Shown here: positions 1 to 23,235 of the stretch, in pieces
Layout: each line of letters starts with the position of its first letter
Numbering within the stretch: the stretch's first letter is position 1
The notes under the pieces: generated by a model
Database searches by the model: none
Seen by the model: the letters and a program-made list of their open reading frames with translations, nothing else
Told to the model about the DNA's origin: nothing
Made by a program: the position numbers and the translations under genes
DNA from: Chrysomallon squamiferum
Lineage: Eukaryota > Animalia > Mollusca
Reading direction: 5' to 3'
NCBI GenBank assembly: GCA_012295275.1
Contig: CM022667.1
Span: forward strand, 20,894,001 to 20,958,000
DNA: 64,000 nucleotides

Positions 1-2255
1 AAATTTGTTTTTTTCACTATTTTCACTTTTTTAATATTTAAGGTCATTAAATATGAATGCTTTATTTTCTATTTTCCTGCTAAAGGTGCATTATAAATAT
101 ACACATCACATTTCATTTTTTTTTTTTTTGGTTTGGCCTTCAGTAGAAGTTCACCTGTCATCTGTTTATCCATGGAACTGTTTATAGTTTTACTGCATTC
201 TGGGAAATGGCAGAGCCAATGATAATGTAAAGAACTGTTTAATTTATAGAATGCTGTTATTATTAGAAATAATCTTTATAAAGTCAATTCCATTCAGATA
301 TATATATATTTGCTTAAAGATTTACAATTAATGTTAGAAATATAATAACAGATTCAGAAATAGCCAGTTTGCATAAATAAGGTGAAATTGTTTAATGTTT
401 ATTGCAATGAAACTCTGGCTGATGCTCTGTCAAAAAAGAAACACATTTGTAGAATTATCTCTTTGATGGAAAGTGGCATAATTTCGTTATTCATGATAAA
501 ATCACAGTACAATTTAACATGAGTAATTTTTAACATGACAATATTTGTGCTGTGGACTGATGCAGTGCAGGTGTTTTCATCATCTATCACAAGAGGTTGC
601 TGAAATAAATACAAAGTATGGTCGCCTTCAGTGGCGATCATTGTTCAACTTATCCTTGGCATAAATTGAATGAGTCTGTCAATCTAAATAGAATCTTCCT
701 AGCCTATTCATCCTTCAGTGTATATTAACATTGCAGAAACATCTGAGGCTCTGGCATACATGTTTATCTAGTTTATTGGGGTTTAGACCTCGCAGTATTG
801 ATGGCAGCAAATTAATGTTTACTATATAATAGTTGATTATTTCCTGTTAGTGATTTTGAAAAATACACTTAAGAATAATCTGTCATTAAAAAGGAAAGCC
901 GACCTGACATCATTTGCATCTATCAGGCATTTATTCTTGACAAAGTGAGTCATCGAGATGGAACACTGAATGGAACATTATTGAAATGACTCATTAAAGC
1001 TCTAATGGACTATCTGTCAGTAGAACAAAAGTAGTAACTACCCAGTTAATGTTACAAGATTGTGAAAATATCAAATCGGGCTTCTTTTTATTTATTATTA
1101 ATTATATTATTACTGTTCTATTATCAGGTTTTTCATATCTTCCTCTCATCTCAAGTTGCATAGATAGCAGATTTAGGAAATACAGATGTTGAAGATAACA
1201 TGTGAATAAAGCCTGACATTTTACAGGTTTTTTTTCTGGCACATCCTTTATTGGAACTTAAATTTTGCGATAATAAAGCTAGACAAAAAAAAAAGAAATT
1301 CTCAGTCTGCTGATAGAGAGCAACAGTCAAATATTGGGCAACTTATCAAATGTTGCCTGCCCATATCCTACCTTCACAGGCCAGCATGGTAGAGTAGTCC
1401 AAAAAAAACCCATAGAAAATACTACAGTCTGGAAAGAGTCTATGACCAGGCCTGGTCAATTCATACAACAAGAATATCTTGGTCAGAAAGGGCCACCACA
1501 AAATACAACAAAAAGAGTTAACAGAGCTAAAGCTAGCAGCATACATTGTCAGAACACTACTAAGACAAAAACCTATGAAAGAAATGGAAGAAGACCTTAA
1601 GAGAAACCAGGCACATAAAAAAAGAAGAATGGTACAAGAAAGATATTAAGAACTACAAGCTATTTGTATACCATCAGAAAAGTACAAATTATAAATACAA
1701 ACAGGAACAAAGAATCTAGAGAAGACAGGAACAAAAACCAGTCTAAAGTGCAAGCTGGATTCAGAACAAATACTTAACAGCTGAGTTTGCAATGTTGACT
1801 GCATGGCACTGCAAGGACAATTTCAACACAATGATACTGACAAAAATCAAGGAGTTTCAAAAAAGATTCTGACCAACTGGATCATATTTATGTAATGTTG
1901 CTTGAAACAAGTCCACAACTCATGCATACTTCAGTTGAATCATGCAGCCCAGAAACATGGGAGTCACTAAACAGGTGAAGAAAATACTATCAAGCAAAAG
2001 AGATTGATAAACTGGATTAGTACTGGAAAGCAATCATCTAGCAGAGGACAGTGCAAAATGAAGATGATGGCAATATGTATGAACTAAAAGAAAAACCCAA
2101 AGTAAATTTTCTTGTTAATCTATTTTTGTGTATGTCTGTGTGTGTACATGTTTACGCTTTTTTATTTTTATACTTTTTGATTCCAGTTTTAATTAAAAAA
2201 TTATATTTAAACAATAAATCAAACATAATAAATAAATGTTCTATAATTTTATTAG

Positions 2256-2500
2256 ACTTGTCCATTCTGGTCGGCAGAATAACCGAACAACTGGAGCAGA
2301 TATTTTGACATTTGGAACTCGTTCTGGAACTAGAAATGGAGTTGAGACTCACATTTTCCGAGTAGAAACACAACGAGATCTAGCCTACTGGTCACGTGCA
2401 CTTGTTCAAGGTGCACATGGTGCTGCATCTCTTGTCAAAGAAGTGTCAACTCGTGAGTTAGAAAAGAGTTCATTGTGAATTACTTAATAGTTTAATTTTT

Positions 2501-2534
<34 letters not shown>

Positions 2535-3684
2535 GAATGCATCAATTTTATAAATTTTATAAAAATCAAAACATCAGAATGGTATACTAAATCCCCATTT
2601 ATCACAAATAAATGCTTCAGCACTAATTGTCTGTGTTTAAATGTCCACAAATTAACCTTGTTTTACTACCTCCTGCAATTGTCATCCATCAACAGTAAAA
2701 TTACCCAGTAAATTGCAGTCAGCCAGTATTGTATGATAATCGTCTATGTAAATCATCACACAAGCCATCTTTCATTGTGTGTGATGATTCACGAATAAAA
2801 ATTATATTTTTCTCTATACAGTAGAATCTGTCAAAACTGTCCTTTGACTGATCCATATTTCAAAGTCCCAGCCAGCTACCATTTATCTGTTATGCACAAA
2901 ACTCTAATCCAGAGGATGTCTGCATTGGATTCTGGGTGTACATTCTGGAACAAAAGAACATGTTGTATAGTAAGACAATTTAGACAACTAGACAATGGTC
3001 GTGTATTTTTGGGTCACTGCTTACAGAGCATGTAATAATTCATTATGGCAAAAATCATGCCTGTGTTAGCCTTACAATGAGGATTGACTGAACCCAACAT
3101 TAAATAAATAAAATATTCAGTTGTACTAATGTTTATTACAATAAATTCACAATTTAATAAGACTTTTCTCTTTTTCTCAGCTGTCATTTGGCAAGGGAAA
3201 AAAGCCAAACTTGTATTAAACTGTGACAGTGGGTTCCTATTGATAGAAGACAAAGCTGCTGAAAACAATGGACAACCCGAGGTTTTCTGGTCACATCCAC
3301 TTGACCATCTACGCATGTCTGCTGATGATGGCCACCGACTGCTGTGGTTGGATTTTGGTACAGATGGAGAACAGGTAACCACTAGTTTGTTGATGGTTAT
3401 AAAACAGTATTATGACAGATCTACCTGTGTGCAAATTCCCCATATACTGCTTACAGGAATTTAATAAAACTTTAAATTTTATGATGAGAAATAATTTATC
3501 ACAAAAAAACAACAAAAAAAATTATATTGGTTGTGCGATTAATTTTTCAAAAACTAAAAAGATAATTTTAGATCCTTTTATTCTGTTTCAGGAATTGGAT
3601 TTGAATACTTGTCCAAAACCACTGGTGTTTGTTTTGCATACGTTCCTTTCTGCCAAAGTGAGTCAGCTGGGCCTTATTGCCTAG
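2256..3684 (+). CDS. SNTB1: Syntrophin (alpha/beta-1-like), 3' part only: end of PH2 domain plus syntrophin-unique (SU) C-terminal domain
   Basis: Exons 2256-2452, 3181-3374 and 3592-3684 have AG/GT boundaries and join in phase: LVHSGRQ...[34 protein letters not shown] / [10 protein letters not shown]...[25 protein letters not shown] / [30 protein letters not shown]. The C-terminus matches the alpha/beta-syntrophin SU domain. I found no upstream exons in the window. The symbol gives the closest vertebrate class, not proven orthology. Confidence 0.92.
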
Positions 3685-3918
3685 AAATGCAAAACCTGTC
3701 TTTCTCATAAGCCAAATAATAGCCAAAGAAGATTAGATGGTAAAGAAAGAAATTTGTACGCTACAACTGTAGATGTGGGATAGTGCTAGAAATGTATGGA
3801 TTCCAAATTCATTGTGAAAAAATATTAAATACTATATCTTATAAAATATTAAATTTCAGATCTAGTTGCAAATATATAAGATATATTGTTAATGTGTTAA
3901 TATACAAACATACACATA

Positions 3919-4439
3919 CAGTGGCATAGCTTGTGTGTGTGTTACCCAGGGAAGCCATCAGTTTTAGTTTAAAAAACAGTTATCACAGGTAGCAAAATAA
4001 CCGAAAATGAAGAGAAAATCTGCAGCATTATTACTACATATACAGTTTGTATGATACATGCTCTTTACTAAAATCTACTACATACTGGAGAATGACAGTA
4101 ATGTAACGACAGTGAAAGTGAATAAGCTGGAATGTAATTAAGTAATTTGGAAAAATAATTTCATCTGAAAATCAATTATAAAAGACAATCTTTTGATAAG
4201 AACTGGCCAGTGTGCAGCCAGGTTACCAAAAAATCTAACTTGCAAAAATCTATCTAAAAGCTGAAACTTAGAGCAGCATATATCCTCAGATGAATTTCTG
4301 TCAAGTAAAATAACTGAAATTTACTTCACCACCAGTATTGTAGATTAACAGACGACACCCTATAGTAAAACAGACCAAAAGTCCTGCCCTCTCAGAAGTG
4401 TTGACTGGAATGGGGTGGTGCCATCTGGCTATGCTGCTG
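3919..4439. mobile_element. Non-autonomous hAT-like DNA transposon (MITE)
   Basis: Ends CAGTGGCATAGC ... GCTATGCTGCTG form an imperfect 12-bp TIR. Flanked by TACACATA / TATACATA (7/8-matching 8-bp TSD, the hAT length). Confidence 0.6.
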
Positions 4440-7199
4440 TATACATACACACATTCTAACACACATACCATACATCACTATTCAATTTTAAACCACATGA
4501 AGCGTTTTAGAACATGGTTTTTTTCCATTGAAATACTTCTTTCCAACAGTTAACAAAAACAAGTTTAATATTTATTTTGAAAAACCAGAATACTGTAATA
4601 AAAAATTTGGTAATTCCTTAACCATTATGTACCATTGTACATATGAATGGATGTTTTAAAAAATGCACAGAATATGCGTTAACTAATTAATAACTTAATG
4701 TAATATTCAGAGACCAAAATCCTCTATATTTATTTTGTGAATTTCAGATTTAATGTTTGTATTCTAGTCAGATATATTTGATATGGTTGTGTTGTTTTGC
4801 CAATTTTTTGAGCCATTTACATTACCTTTGTGATGTCATATTTATTTTTTGACTTAATATGTACAATTTTCTCTGGATCCTTTGCTTTTGTATCCAGATT
4901 CATCCAGTAAAAATAAATCATTGTCAAATTGTGTATTAAAGTAACTTTCATGTTTATAATTGTTGTTTATTTTTCTCCAGCAGATAGATTTCTTTGTTCA
5001 TTGTTTTTGCTACGGCAGTATATTTCTTCATCAGTTTAAAGAGCAACAATCATGAAAAACATAATTGATTATTGCTTTGTATTCTCATATCATATTTATG
5101 ATACTTTTATGAAAAGCCTATAAAATACAGTGTAGTTCTAGTAGGGTTTTTTATATCTACAATAATTGGTCACACTGTCCTGTCCTGAAAAATTCCTGTC
5201 AAACTAAAAAGGTTGTTTTAAGGAGTTGAGACATCAGGCAAATTAAATAAAAAGTGCTTAGCCATTGTTGCAGAGAGCAGTACCACATACAAGTAATATG
5301 GCAAATATTTGAATTTTTTTCTTTTTTCGAAAAGTCATAAAAGCATTAGCACATTTCATGAATTTCAGCTAAGCAGATTTCTATTTCGATACTACAGGTG
5401 TATGGACTGTCAGTCAAAACATGGTGAATAAACAAATGTAAGCAAAAGCAGGTTATGGATATTTTCTGTGAAAATAGGACTCATAAAAAAACAAAATACA
5501 AAATAGTTGACAGTATCTGCAATGTTTGTAAGTAAAATCAGTTTAGAATTTTTTTCCAGTTACTCAAGATTTGAGTAGCTTTTTGCCATCTTCATCATTT
5601 TCTACAGATAATAAATGAATCCGACACATCAAAACTAGTGTTTGTTGAAAAGAAACAATTTTCAGAAGTCAGACCTACTTCAGACTTGGTGTATTGCATT
5701 TCTGTGGCATCAGGAGCAACCCTGTCCAGTCAAGGATTTTTGACAAGAGTCAATTTATCAGTCCATCTGTTATAAATTAACATGCAATATAATTTTTTAA
5801 ATAACTAGCAGATGTAGCAATATGAGTACAGAAGGGTTAAACCTAGATTGTTGGGCATGGTTCCTTTATAGTAAATGCGAATGTTTTATTATACTGGGTT
5901 TTTTTTAATTCTTTTATCTTTTATTTGTTTAGATGTTTGGCAACAGGATTTTATGTACTAGTTAGAGACTGCTCTTTATCGATCCAACCAGATTTCTAAA
6001 CTGATATATTCGATTAGGTACAGTTAAATGTCTTTGAGCAATATATTTAAAATGACATAAAGAAATATTAATTCTTCATCTCATGATCTCTTTTATTTTC
6101 TTTCTTTTTATGAAATAATATTAAAAGTAATTTAAAGAGTACTGACACTTATTAAAGAGAATTTAGTCTGTGTACATTTCTGAAGCTTTCTTAAGAGGCA
6201 TTCTGCTCAATTTTATAATAATAAAAAAATATTTTGCTTTAACAATAAATGAAATTTTCAAAATCAATAGATGGGTTCACTCTTTATAATGAAAAGCAAA
6301 TCAAAATATCTTCAGAGGAATTCTTTTTGTTTTCCTACATATCCAGATTATCAATGATTCTAAAATTCATAGCATCCAAAATGTTTAAAAAAACAAAAAC
6401 AAAAAAAAGCAAAAAGCAAATAAAAAACAACAGATAACTCAAATTTTAATGTTTTTTTTATTCTTCTCTGATTGATTTAGTATAAAATAGTCTATTATTC
6501 TGGAAAACACTAGTTTGTAATTGTTTTATTTACTGTCCTGAGGTATATCCATGATCAAAATATGCTCATTTGTATCTCTAAATAGATTATATCTAGCTCA
6601 AACACATTCTGATTCAAGTAAATTTGATATTGCCTTTGAAAAATTCTGTTCCTTTTGTTTTATAGCATTAATGTTAGGCTGGGGGAAACAAATTGTTTTT
6701 AAATCTGTTGAAGTGAGTATTACTGTTAACAAAACAAATACAAAAAGCTCTCAGTCTGAAATGTCACTCTATCTCAAAATAAGCTGTGGGTCCTGAGTGT
6801 TTCTCTAAACAAACTTGTAATAATTTGTATATGTATTTCAAAACCAGATGTTAAAATATATACTGTATATGGTCATAAATGGAGTATTTTTTTTATATAA
6901 TTTGTATGGTTTTCTCAAAAGTGAAGAATACTTCTCATTTAAAAAAAAAAAAATAGGAAGAAATAAAAAATAAACTTTAATATTCTCAAATTTCATCAGT
7001 CATTGTAGACCAGTTACCTACCTATGATTACCACTGAGCCGTTTGTACTTTAAACTATTATCAAATATCTGTTTTCTATTTTATAACTCACATTAATTAA
7101 CTGTTCTGATCAGTATTGTGAAATGAAAATAATTTAATATACTTGATAATCGTGGCTTTGATCAAAAGCCAGTAAGATTTATAGAATTGTGGGAGGGAA

Positions 7200-7227
7200 A
7201 GAGAGAGAGTGAGAGTGAGTGAGTGAA

Positions 7228-7267
<40 letters not shown>
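7200..7267. repeat. Compound (GA)/(GAGT)/(GT)n microsatellite just past the MCAT stop
   Basis: Seen directly. Confidence 0.9.
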
Positions 7268-7271
<4 letters not shown>

Positions 7272-7337
7272 TGCTTAGGATTCGGTGTGATTACAATTAA
7301 ATAACTTTACCAAAAAATTCAGTGTTTTAACCAATAT

Positions 7338-9496
7338 TTATACTTCAATATTCTTGTACAAAGCATGAGCTTTGGCATTAACAAGTTTCATAAGTGTACC
7401 CAGTTGTCTCCCTGGACCCACCTCAAATGTTCTTGGAAAGTTTTCTCCTTTGTTTCGTGAGTATAAAATGTGCATAGTTTGCTCCCATTTTACTGGTTTG
7501 TATATCTGCTGACCTAAAAGATCTATCATTGATCTGGCATTTCGGTAACGTTCTCCATTCACATTGCAGTGAACTGGTATTAAAGGTTTTTCTAACTCTG
7601 TTTCTTTCAGTGCTTTAATCACAGCACTTCGAGCAGATCGCATCATATCTGTGTGAAATGCACCACTTACTGGCAAACGTTTCAAACGTCGAATTCCAAA
7701 GTCTCTGTAATTTTTCTCAAGGAAATTTAATGCCTGCAAATAGTTAAGAAGATATAAATAAAGGTACATATAGAGTAACTGAAAACCAGCTACAAACTGT
7801 ATTTCTAAAACTCTAGAATCATATAATACTGAAAACTAAAATTTCACCAATAAATACATTTAAAAAGATATAAAAATTATTTTCTCTTATCCTTGTCTCT
7901 TACAGATCAATTCTAACATGCATAGAGCAGATGTTATAAAACTAAATAGCAATTAGGTTTGTGTGTGAGAAGCTGGAAGTTTTTGCTAACCAGTCATCTA
8001 TTACAATATAACCAACAAAATGACTTATATGATAAAAGAGGAATAAAAAATGAACATGCAAAAAGGTTTAGAATGTATAAATTCATTTAGTTTTGTCTGA
8101 CAAGTTACTTGAAAACCAGTATTGCCTTAGATTTGCAGATATAAAAACTGTACAAGCCCACCCACCCCTAAAGGAAAATACCACCGATATAGTATGATAT
8201 CCAGTGACACATAAAATGAAAAATAAATTATTGTACAACAATGGAATTTATTAGCCTTCATCCAAAAAAAAAGCTATGGCACTGTATATGAATGTTTAAT
8301 CCCTAAACATATCAAGATCATAATGTCATATATCAGTCTGAAAGGTTTACCATAATGTAAATTTTCTAGATATTTGTGTTAAGTCGATAAAGTAATAAAA
8401 ATGTTCCATCCAAATCATTACAGGAAGAAAAAGGAAGAAGGCAATGTTACACAGACCTAATTACCTTTATTTCCATGATTACACTAAATTTAATAAATAT
8501 ATCACAGCCAAGGCTTACTTTATAATGATACAATTTTGTTTACTAAGAAAACATGTTAACAGGACTTTACCTCATCATGACCAGCAATAACTTTACAGTC
8601 TGGATAGAGATAGTTAGCAACACAGCAAACTGCTCCAGTCCTGCCAAGCTGATGATTACAATATTCACGTGCTGTCAGCAGGGCAAAGTTGAGTTTTGTT
8701 TCATGTCCAATGAATGCACTCATCATTCCACCTGCCTCAGATTCTGATGCACTTTGCATAGCTTCAGCTCTCACCTTTACAATCTTCACTGCTGTTAATA
8801 ATAATAATAATAATATATAATCTAGACCAGGTATGGTACTATTTTATAAAATAATAATTCTTTGCAAACAAAATTAAAAAATAAAATAAAATACTGAAAT
8901 AAAAACCCATCAAAACCTCTGGAGTGATAAATGAAACAAATGTGACATAACTTAGTGAATCCAATTCATTTTAAACATTCAGAAAATAACAGAGAATAAT
9001 TGGAAACTTATTTCTTTTAGGCAAAGGTTTTTGTTTATTTATTATTATTTATTTTTGTTTATCTATTCCTAATCAAGTTTGATTCAAAGAAATCATTAGT
9101 CTTGGCTCAGTTCCTTTATAAACTAGTAATAATGACCTTCTAAAACTAAAAAGTCTGTAATTCAAAAGCTTTTTATTTCTCAAAGTCATTTTGTGGTCCC
9201 AAATTTACCGATTCAACAGAAATTAGCCTTCAAAAACTCAAATCATTGGAATGATCAAACTATTGTTTCCTTTGGTAAATACAGAACAATAGGTTGTTGA
9301 TTAAGCTGAATGACACTTAATGGATTTGATTTGATTATATTCTGCCAAGTTTGGAAATCTGAAAATACATGAACTAGAAGTTTATTTCTATGCTGAAATT
9401 GCAGTAAATATCTGAATTTCGAAAACTCAATCTCACTTAAATCTGAACTATTCTGCTGATTGCTTCAAATTCAAATATGTATAAACATACAAACAC

Positions 9497-9531
<35 letters not shown>

Positions 9532-10653
9532 CACACACATTAACACACATCTATTACCATCTTCAAATGACAGTGACCCAGCAAATACAAGGGCTGCATA
9601 TTCTCCCACACTGAAACCTGCAGTACCCACACAATTGTCTACAGCCTGAAATTGAAACAAAGTAGTTTAAATAGAGATTTATACAAAAACAAATATTAAC
9701 ACAAATACAACATAAATGACAATTAGAAACAAATGTAACGAATATGGTGTAAAGCACAAAAGTTCGTTTAATTGCATATCTTTAGATGTTGAACACTGAT
9801 GTTTTAGTTGAATAAATCCAAGATTGCAATAATGTTAATTTTGGCCTAATTTCTTTTAGTCTATTTTATGTGGAATACCTTAGTGTGTGTATGTTGTTTG
9901 TAAAAAAAAAAAAAAAAAAATTATAATAATAATAGTAATAATAATAATAATAAAATTGTAATTACTGAACAGTTTAAGTACCTCAGGATAATTTTCTTTC
10001 AGTTTTTCTATTGCAGCTATAGAGGTTACTGTTACTGCTGGTTGACAGTGAATGGTTTGATCAAGAACATGTTTAGGTCCTTTTAAACAGAGTTCTAATA
10101 AATTATATCCTAGAATTTCACTTGCAACAGAATATAATTTTTCAACTCCAGGATATGGAAGAAGTTTTCTTCCCATTCCAACAAACTGACTGCCTTGACC
10201 TGGAAACAGAATAATGGAAGTGTGACAAGGATCAATCTTTGGTCTCATTGATTTTCTTCCTTGATTTCGAAACCAGTTCATATTTTGAGAAATATCTGAT
10301 GGAAATTCTGGTGGGTCTGCTTTGATATCACTATCAGGAGCAGATTCTAAGTCTGTCAAAAGTTGTTTAATGTCTTTTGATGAGTGATGTAATTTAGTCT
10401 GGTCCTTATCCTGTGACTGTGGTCTATTATAAGTATAAAGGTCTACATCTTTTAATCCAAGTTTTGATGCCCTTTTCATAATTCTTCGAGGAATTCTCAT
10501 TTTTTTTGTATCTTCCACTGATTTATCGTTTTCATAATATGAATACCTAGAAGAATATGATTTATGAATAGGCCATAAATAGTTCTTACTTAAAGTTTCT
10601 ATAAGTAAAGAACTATTTCTGCAATATATGCTAAATGAAATTGCAGGAAACAT
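7338..10653 (-). CDS. MCAT: Mitochondrial malonyl-CoA:acyl carrier protein transacylase (FabD family), 458 aa, 4 coding exons
   Basis: Exons (transcript order) 10653-9982, 9645-9558, 8791-8571, 7733-7338 sum to 1377 nt in frame. Motifs: IILFPGQGSQ, TIHCQPA, catalytic GFSVGEY, VKVRAEAMQ, LPVSGAFHT, FEVGPG. Confidence 0.95.
9484..9549. repeat. (CA)n microsatellite at the start of MCAT intron 2
   Basis: Seen directly. Confidence 0.9.
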
Positions 10654-10699
10654 TTTCTTATGATTGTATTCTTTATTATTACAATATTATCTCCACATG

Positions 10700-11330
10700 C
10701 TTTGATGATCGACCGTAAACTGTAGCGGTATTAATCATGTCGTAAAACATTTATTTAACAAAATAATATTAAAAGTGATAAATTAATATATATTAACAAC
10801 AGTATTATTTCATAACAGTATTACATCTGTACAATCTTCAAATATTTACACTTATAAAAATTACAACAAATAATCCGCAAAACATGAAATCGAACCATCT
10901 CAGCATCTGATATTCAATTAAACAACTGGAATTTTATTTAATCGATCTTCTTTTTCAAATGATGATAACCGAGATCCTGATGCAAAAGCAATCAAAATAT
11001 TCTTTATATTTAAAGAAATGTGCAAATCTCTAAACAAAAAATAAAAAATAGAAAAAAAAAAAAATATATATAATTTTCGTTTGTTTTTACTGAACAAATT
11101 TACTCTTTTCCAGTTTACCGCGTTTTTGAACACGTGACACAATAGCGGGAAACTTTCTAACATTACGGAAAAGTATAGGTAATATTTTAAGCTTTTTAAA
11201 AAATAGATTTAATATATTTTATAGTTCAGTGTATTGGTGATTTCGTGAAGTTAATGTTTATCCTGAAAAAAATACTGACTAGTTTTGGAAGAAGCAAAAA
11301 CCGTTTGTGTCTGGATATTTCTATTTAGTA
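10700..11330. promoter_or_regulatory. Putative bidirectional MCAT/MCM4 promoter
   Basis: Lies between the divergent starts (MCAT ATG 10653, MCM4 ATG 12457) and retains CpG, unlike the gene bodies. Contains TTTGAA (CHR-like, 11125-11130), CACGTGAC (E-box, 11131-11138) and GCGGGAAA (E2F consensus, 11145-11152). A candidate donor AG|GTAATA at 11178/11179 would end a non-coding MCM4 first exon. Confidence 0.65.
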
Positions 11331-12456
11331 TTTGAGGAGTACCAGCAGCCAAAATAGGGAAAATATTTTTAAAAAGTTATACGTATACAAAGAGTTAAAT
11401 AAAACTTTTTAATACAAACACAGAATAAAAATAATGATTGAGATATCTTATTTACTTTATGAGGTATTACGAAACTGCAAGAGCATCACTGCAAGTGTAG
11501 TATGAGCCATTTTCACCTAATCATAACAAACATTAAGTTCATTAACCACAGTGACAATATTATATTGAATATAGTCATAATTTTGAGATCCAGTTTTCTG
11601 CTACAACAAGAAGTACTTAGCAAATTTTCAAGGCTAAGTGATGCTACTTAAAAATAATATCAACTCATAAAAATTAGAAAATACAAATAGTGAAATACTT
11701 AAAATGACATTTTTCAGTGTCGCATTCCATTTCTGATGTAGGGATTTTAAAGCCAGGAAATGCTCATCAAGAGAGCATCAGTAATTTTTTCAGCATCGAT
11801 CAAATTTTGTATTCTGCTTGATCATACAATCCTTCAAACATGAGGAAAAGTCCAGAATGATCTATGCTGACATATACAGATAATCAACACTGAAGTTCAA
11901 AAGCTAAATTACAAAAAATATTTTAAAATTTTAAGCATAATTTGTATTTCTAAACAAAAAAAGTTTTAAGAATATCATTGATGTCATGGTCCAGGTAACC
12001 ACTTAAATGGATCAGACCGCCCAATGCTTTGCTTAGTACTGTTACATGTGGATGTTGCACATTTTTTTTCAGAGCAGAATATATATAAAAAATTAGATAA
12101 AATTTAAATGAATTCTTGAATAAGTTTATAAGAAACATTAATTAAATGATTATAATAACTGACAGTACAGAGCTTGAATTCACCGATAAAATCATAAAGT
12201 GTGCTGTGTGCAATCAGTGCCATTTTGAACGTAAAAATTGTCAGTTGTAGTAGTTGTGATGTTGAAAAACACTGCTCAGCCAATAAATCAATATGAATGC
12301 TATGCAGTATGTATAGTTTAAAATATCTTTCAAAGGAAAACTGAACAAATTTTCAGAGTACCAGAAATACACGAAACACACACATACATACATACATAAA
12401 TCAGCCAGCAACAAACTTTCAAACATTTGGTTATATCTTTTTAGTTTTAACAGAAA

Positions 12457-21792
<9,336 letters not shown>

Positions 21793-22313
21793 TTTTGATC
21801 AACAAACTGTTCAAACTGTGAAATATGAAGTTAATGAATTTTGATAGTTAATTAATATTGTAATTATTTTGTAACTATGTACATTCTCTTCATTAATTTA
21901 GAATTTCGTTCATTTTAAAAGTTACATTCAATAACAGACTTTGCTTTACAAATAATAAAATGTTAACTGATACACACTATAGATAGCAATGTGAATCTAT
22001 GAAGTTTCATGAAAGTAAACCTAGTGAAAATGAGTAAGCAATTTATAATTTTGCTGACTTTTATATATATAAAATGGAATTTGTTTCAAAAACAAAAACA
22101 ATAGCTGTAAAGTACATGTAGAAATGCTTGTTCCAGTTAGAAATTCATTATTAGATGTTGGTCATACCTAAATTTTGAGAAATATATGAAAACATTGGTA
22201 ATAAGTTGGAAGTGACAGTTACTGTTTTTTGTATTTTTTTCTTTTCTGTTGAGCTTTTTGAAATGTTCATCAAATATTAATGTTGTTTTTTTATATATAT
22301 ATATATATATGCT

Positions 22314-23235
22314 GGTACCTTGAGTTATGAGCAGTTGCCCGCTTTTACTTTGAGTTGCAAGCGAGCTTCAGATATGCCGCTTCTAGTTGGCACAACATCT
22401 GCCCAGATTTCACTTGTTTGCTTCATGTGTTACCTCGCAGTGGAAACATCTCTGTTGTATTGTGCTGTTTGTATTTTGTGCAGAATTTTGCCAAATTTCC
22501 ATGGATCCTAAGAAAGTGACAGTGTAAGAAGAAGAAGTGGGTGATGTCCACTGAATTAATACATGGAATACTGAGATATGCATGTACTCAACATGGCAGC
22601 AATCACACCTTTAATCCATTCCAGCCCCCCCCCCACCAAAACCATCCCAATTTTTGGTAACCTGTTTTTAAATAAAAAAAATCTATTTATAAATGACAAA
22701 TATTGTATAAAAATAAAATAAAAGAGAATGTAAAGAAATAAATTGGTTTTGTAAAGTTTTCAGGGTTAGGGTTAGAGTCTCTTTAAGTCTGCAGCTTAGA
22801 AATTATTTTAACACCTTTGGCTGGAATTATAGCCTTTATTGACTCCTGCTTCAGTATGATATATAGAAGTACTACACTTGTACTGCCTAGCCAAGTCAAC
22901 TACACGCACACCTCACTTATGTTTTTCTATGATTTCATGCTTTATTGTGATGGACATTATCTGCTTCTTTTCAGCATTGTCCTTTGCACTCACTTTCTTA
23001 GGATCCATGGTTAGAAAAAAGAAATTTGGCAAAATAGTGCACACAACATGAGCAGAACCAACAGAGATGCTTCCACACTGAGGTAACCACATGAAGTAAA
23101 TGAATGTGCCAACTAGCAGCAGCATATCTTGTATATCTGCTTGTAACTCAGATTTTGGTTCACGGTGCAAATAAAAAAACTGACCGGGCAACTGCTTATA
23201 ACTTGTAAGTTGGTGCACTCATACGGCAAGGTACC
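22314..23235. repeat. Diverged inverted repeat pair (22314-22519 vs 22990-23235)
   Basis: Colinear reverse-complement blocks: GCAGTTGCCCG, CTAGTTGGCACA, CTTCATGTG-TTACCTC, CATCTCTGTTG, TTTTGCCAAATTTC, CCATGGATCCTAAGAAAGTGA, with several indels. Confidence 0.85.

Noticed and set aside
1290-2100. A-rich, more complex stretch with short ORFs, possibly a decayed LINE
   Set aside because: No motif strong enough to name a family, and no splice-compatible syntrophin exon found.
2748-2792. 15-bp hairpin (GTAAATCATCACACA...TGTGTGATGATTCAC) containing a C-box-like TGATGA
   Set aside because: Stem too short for a pre-miRNA, and no convincing box C/D snoRNA terminal-stem layout.
9120-9440. Possible decayed pogo/Tigger-like MITE (similar hints at about 2818-3092 and 5126-5235)
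   Set aside because: TIRs too degraded to delimit by eye.
22762-22777. AGGGTTAGGGTTAG telomere-like repeat
   Set aside because: Only about two units; not enough to call an interstitial telomeric array.
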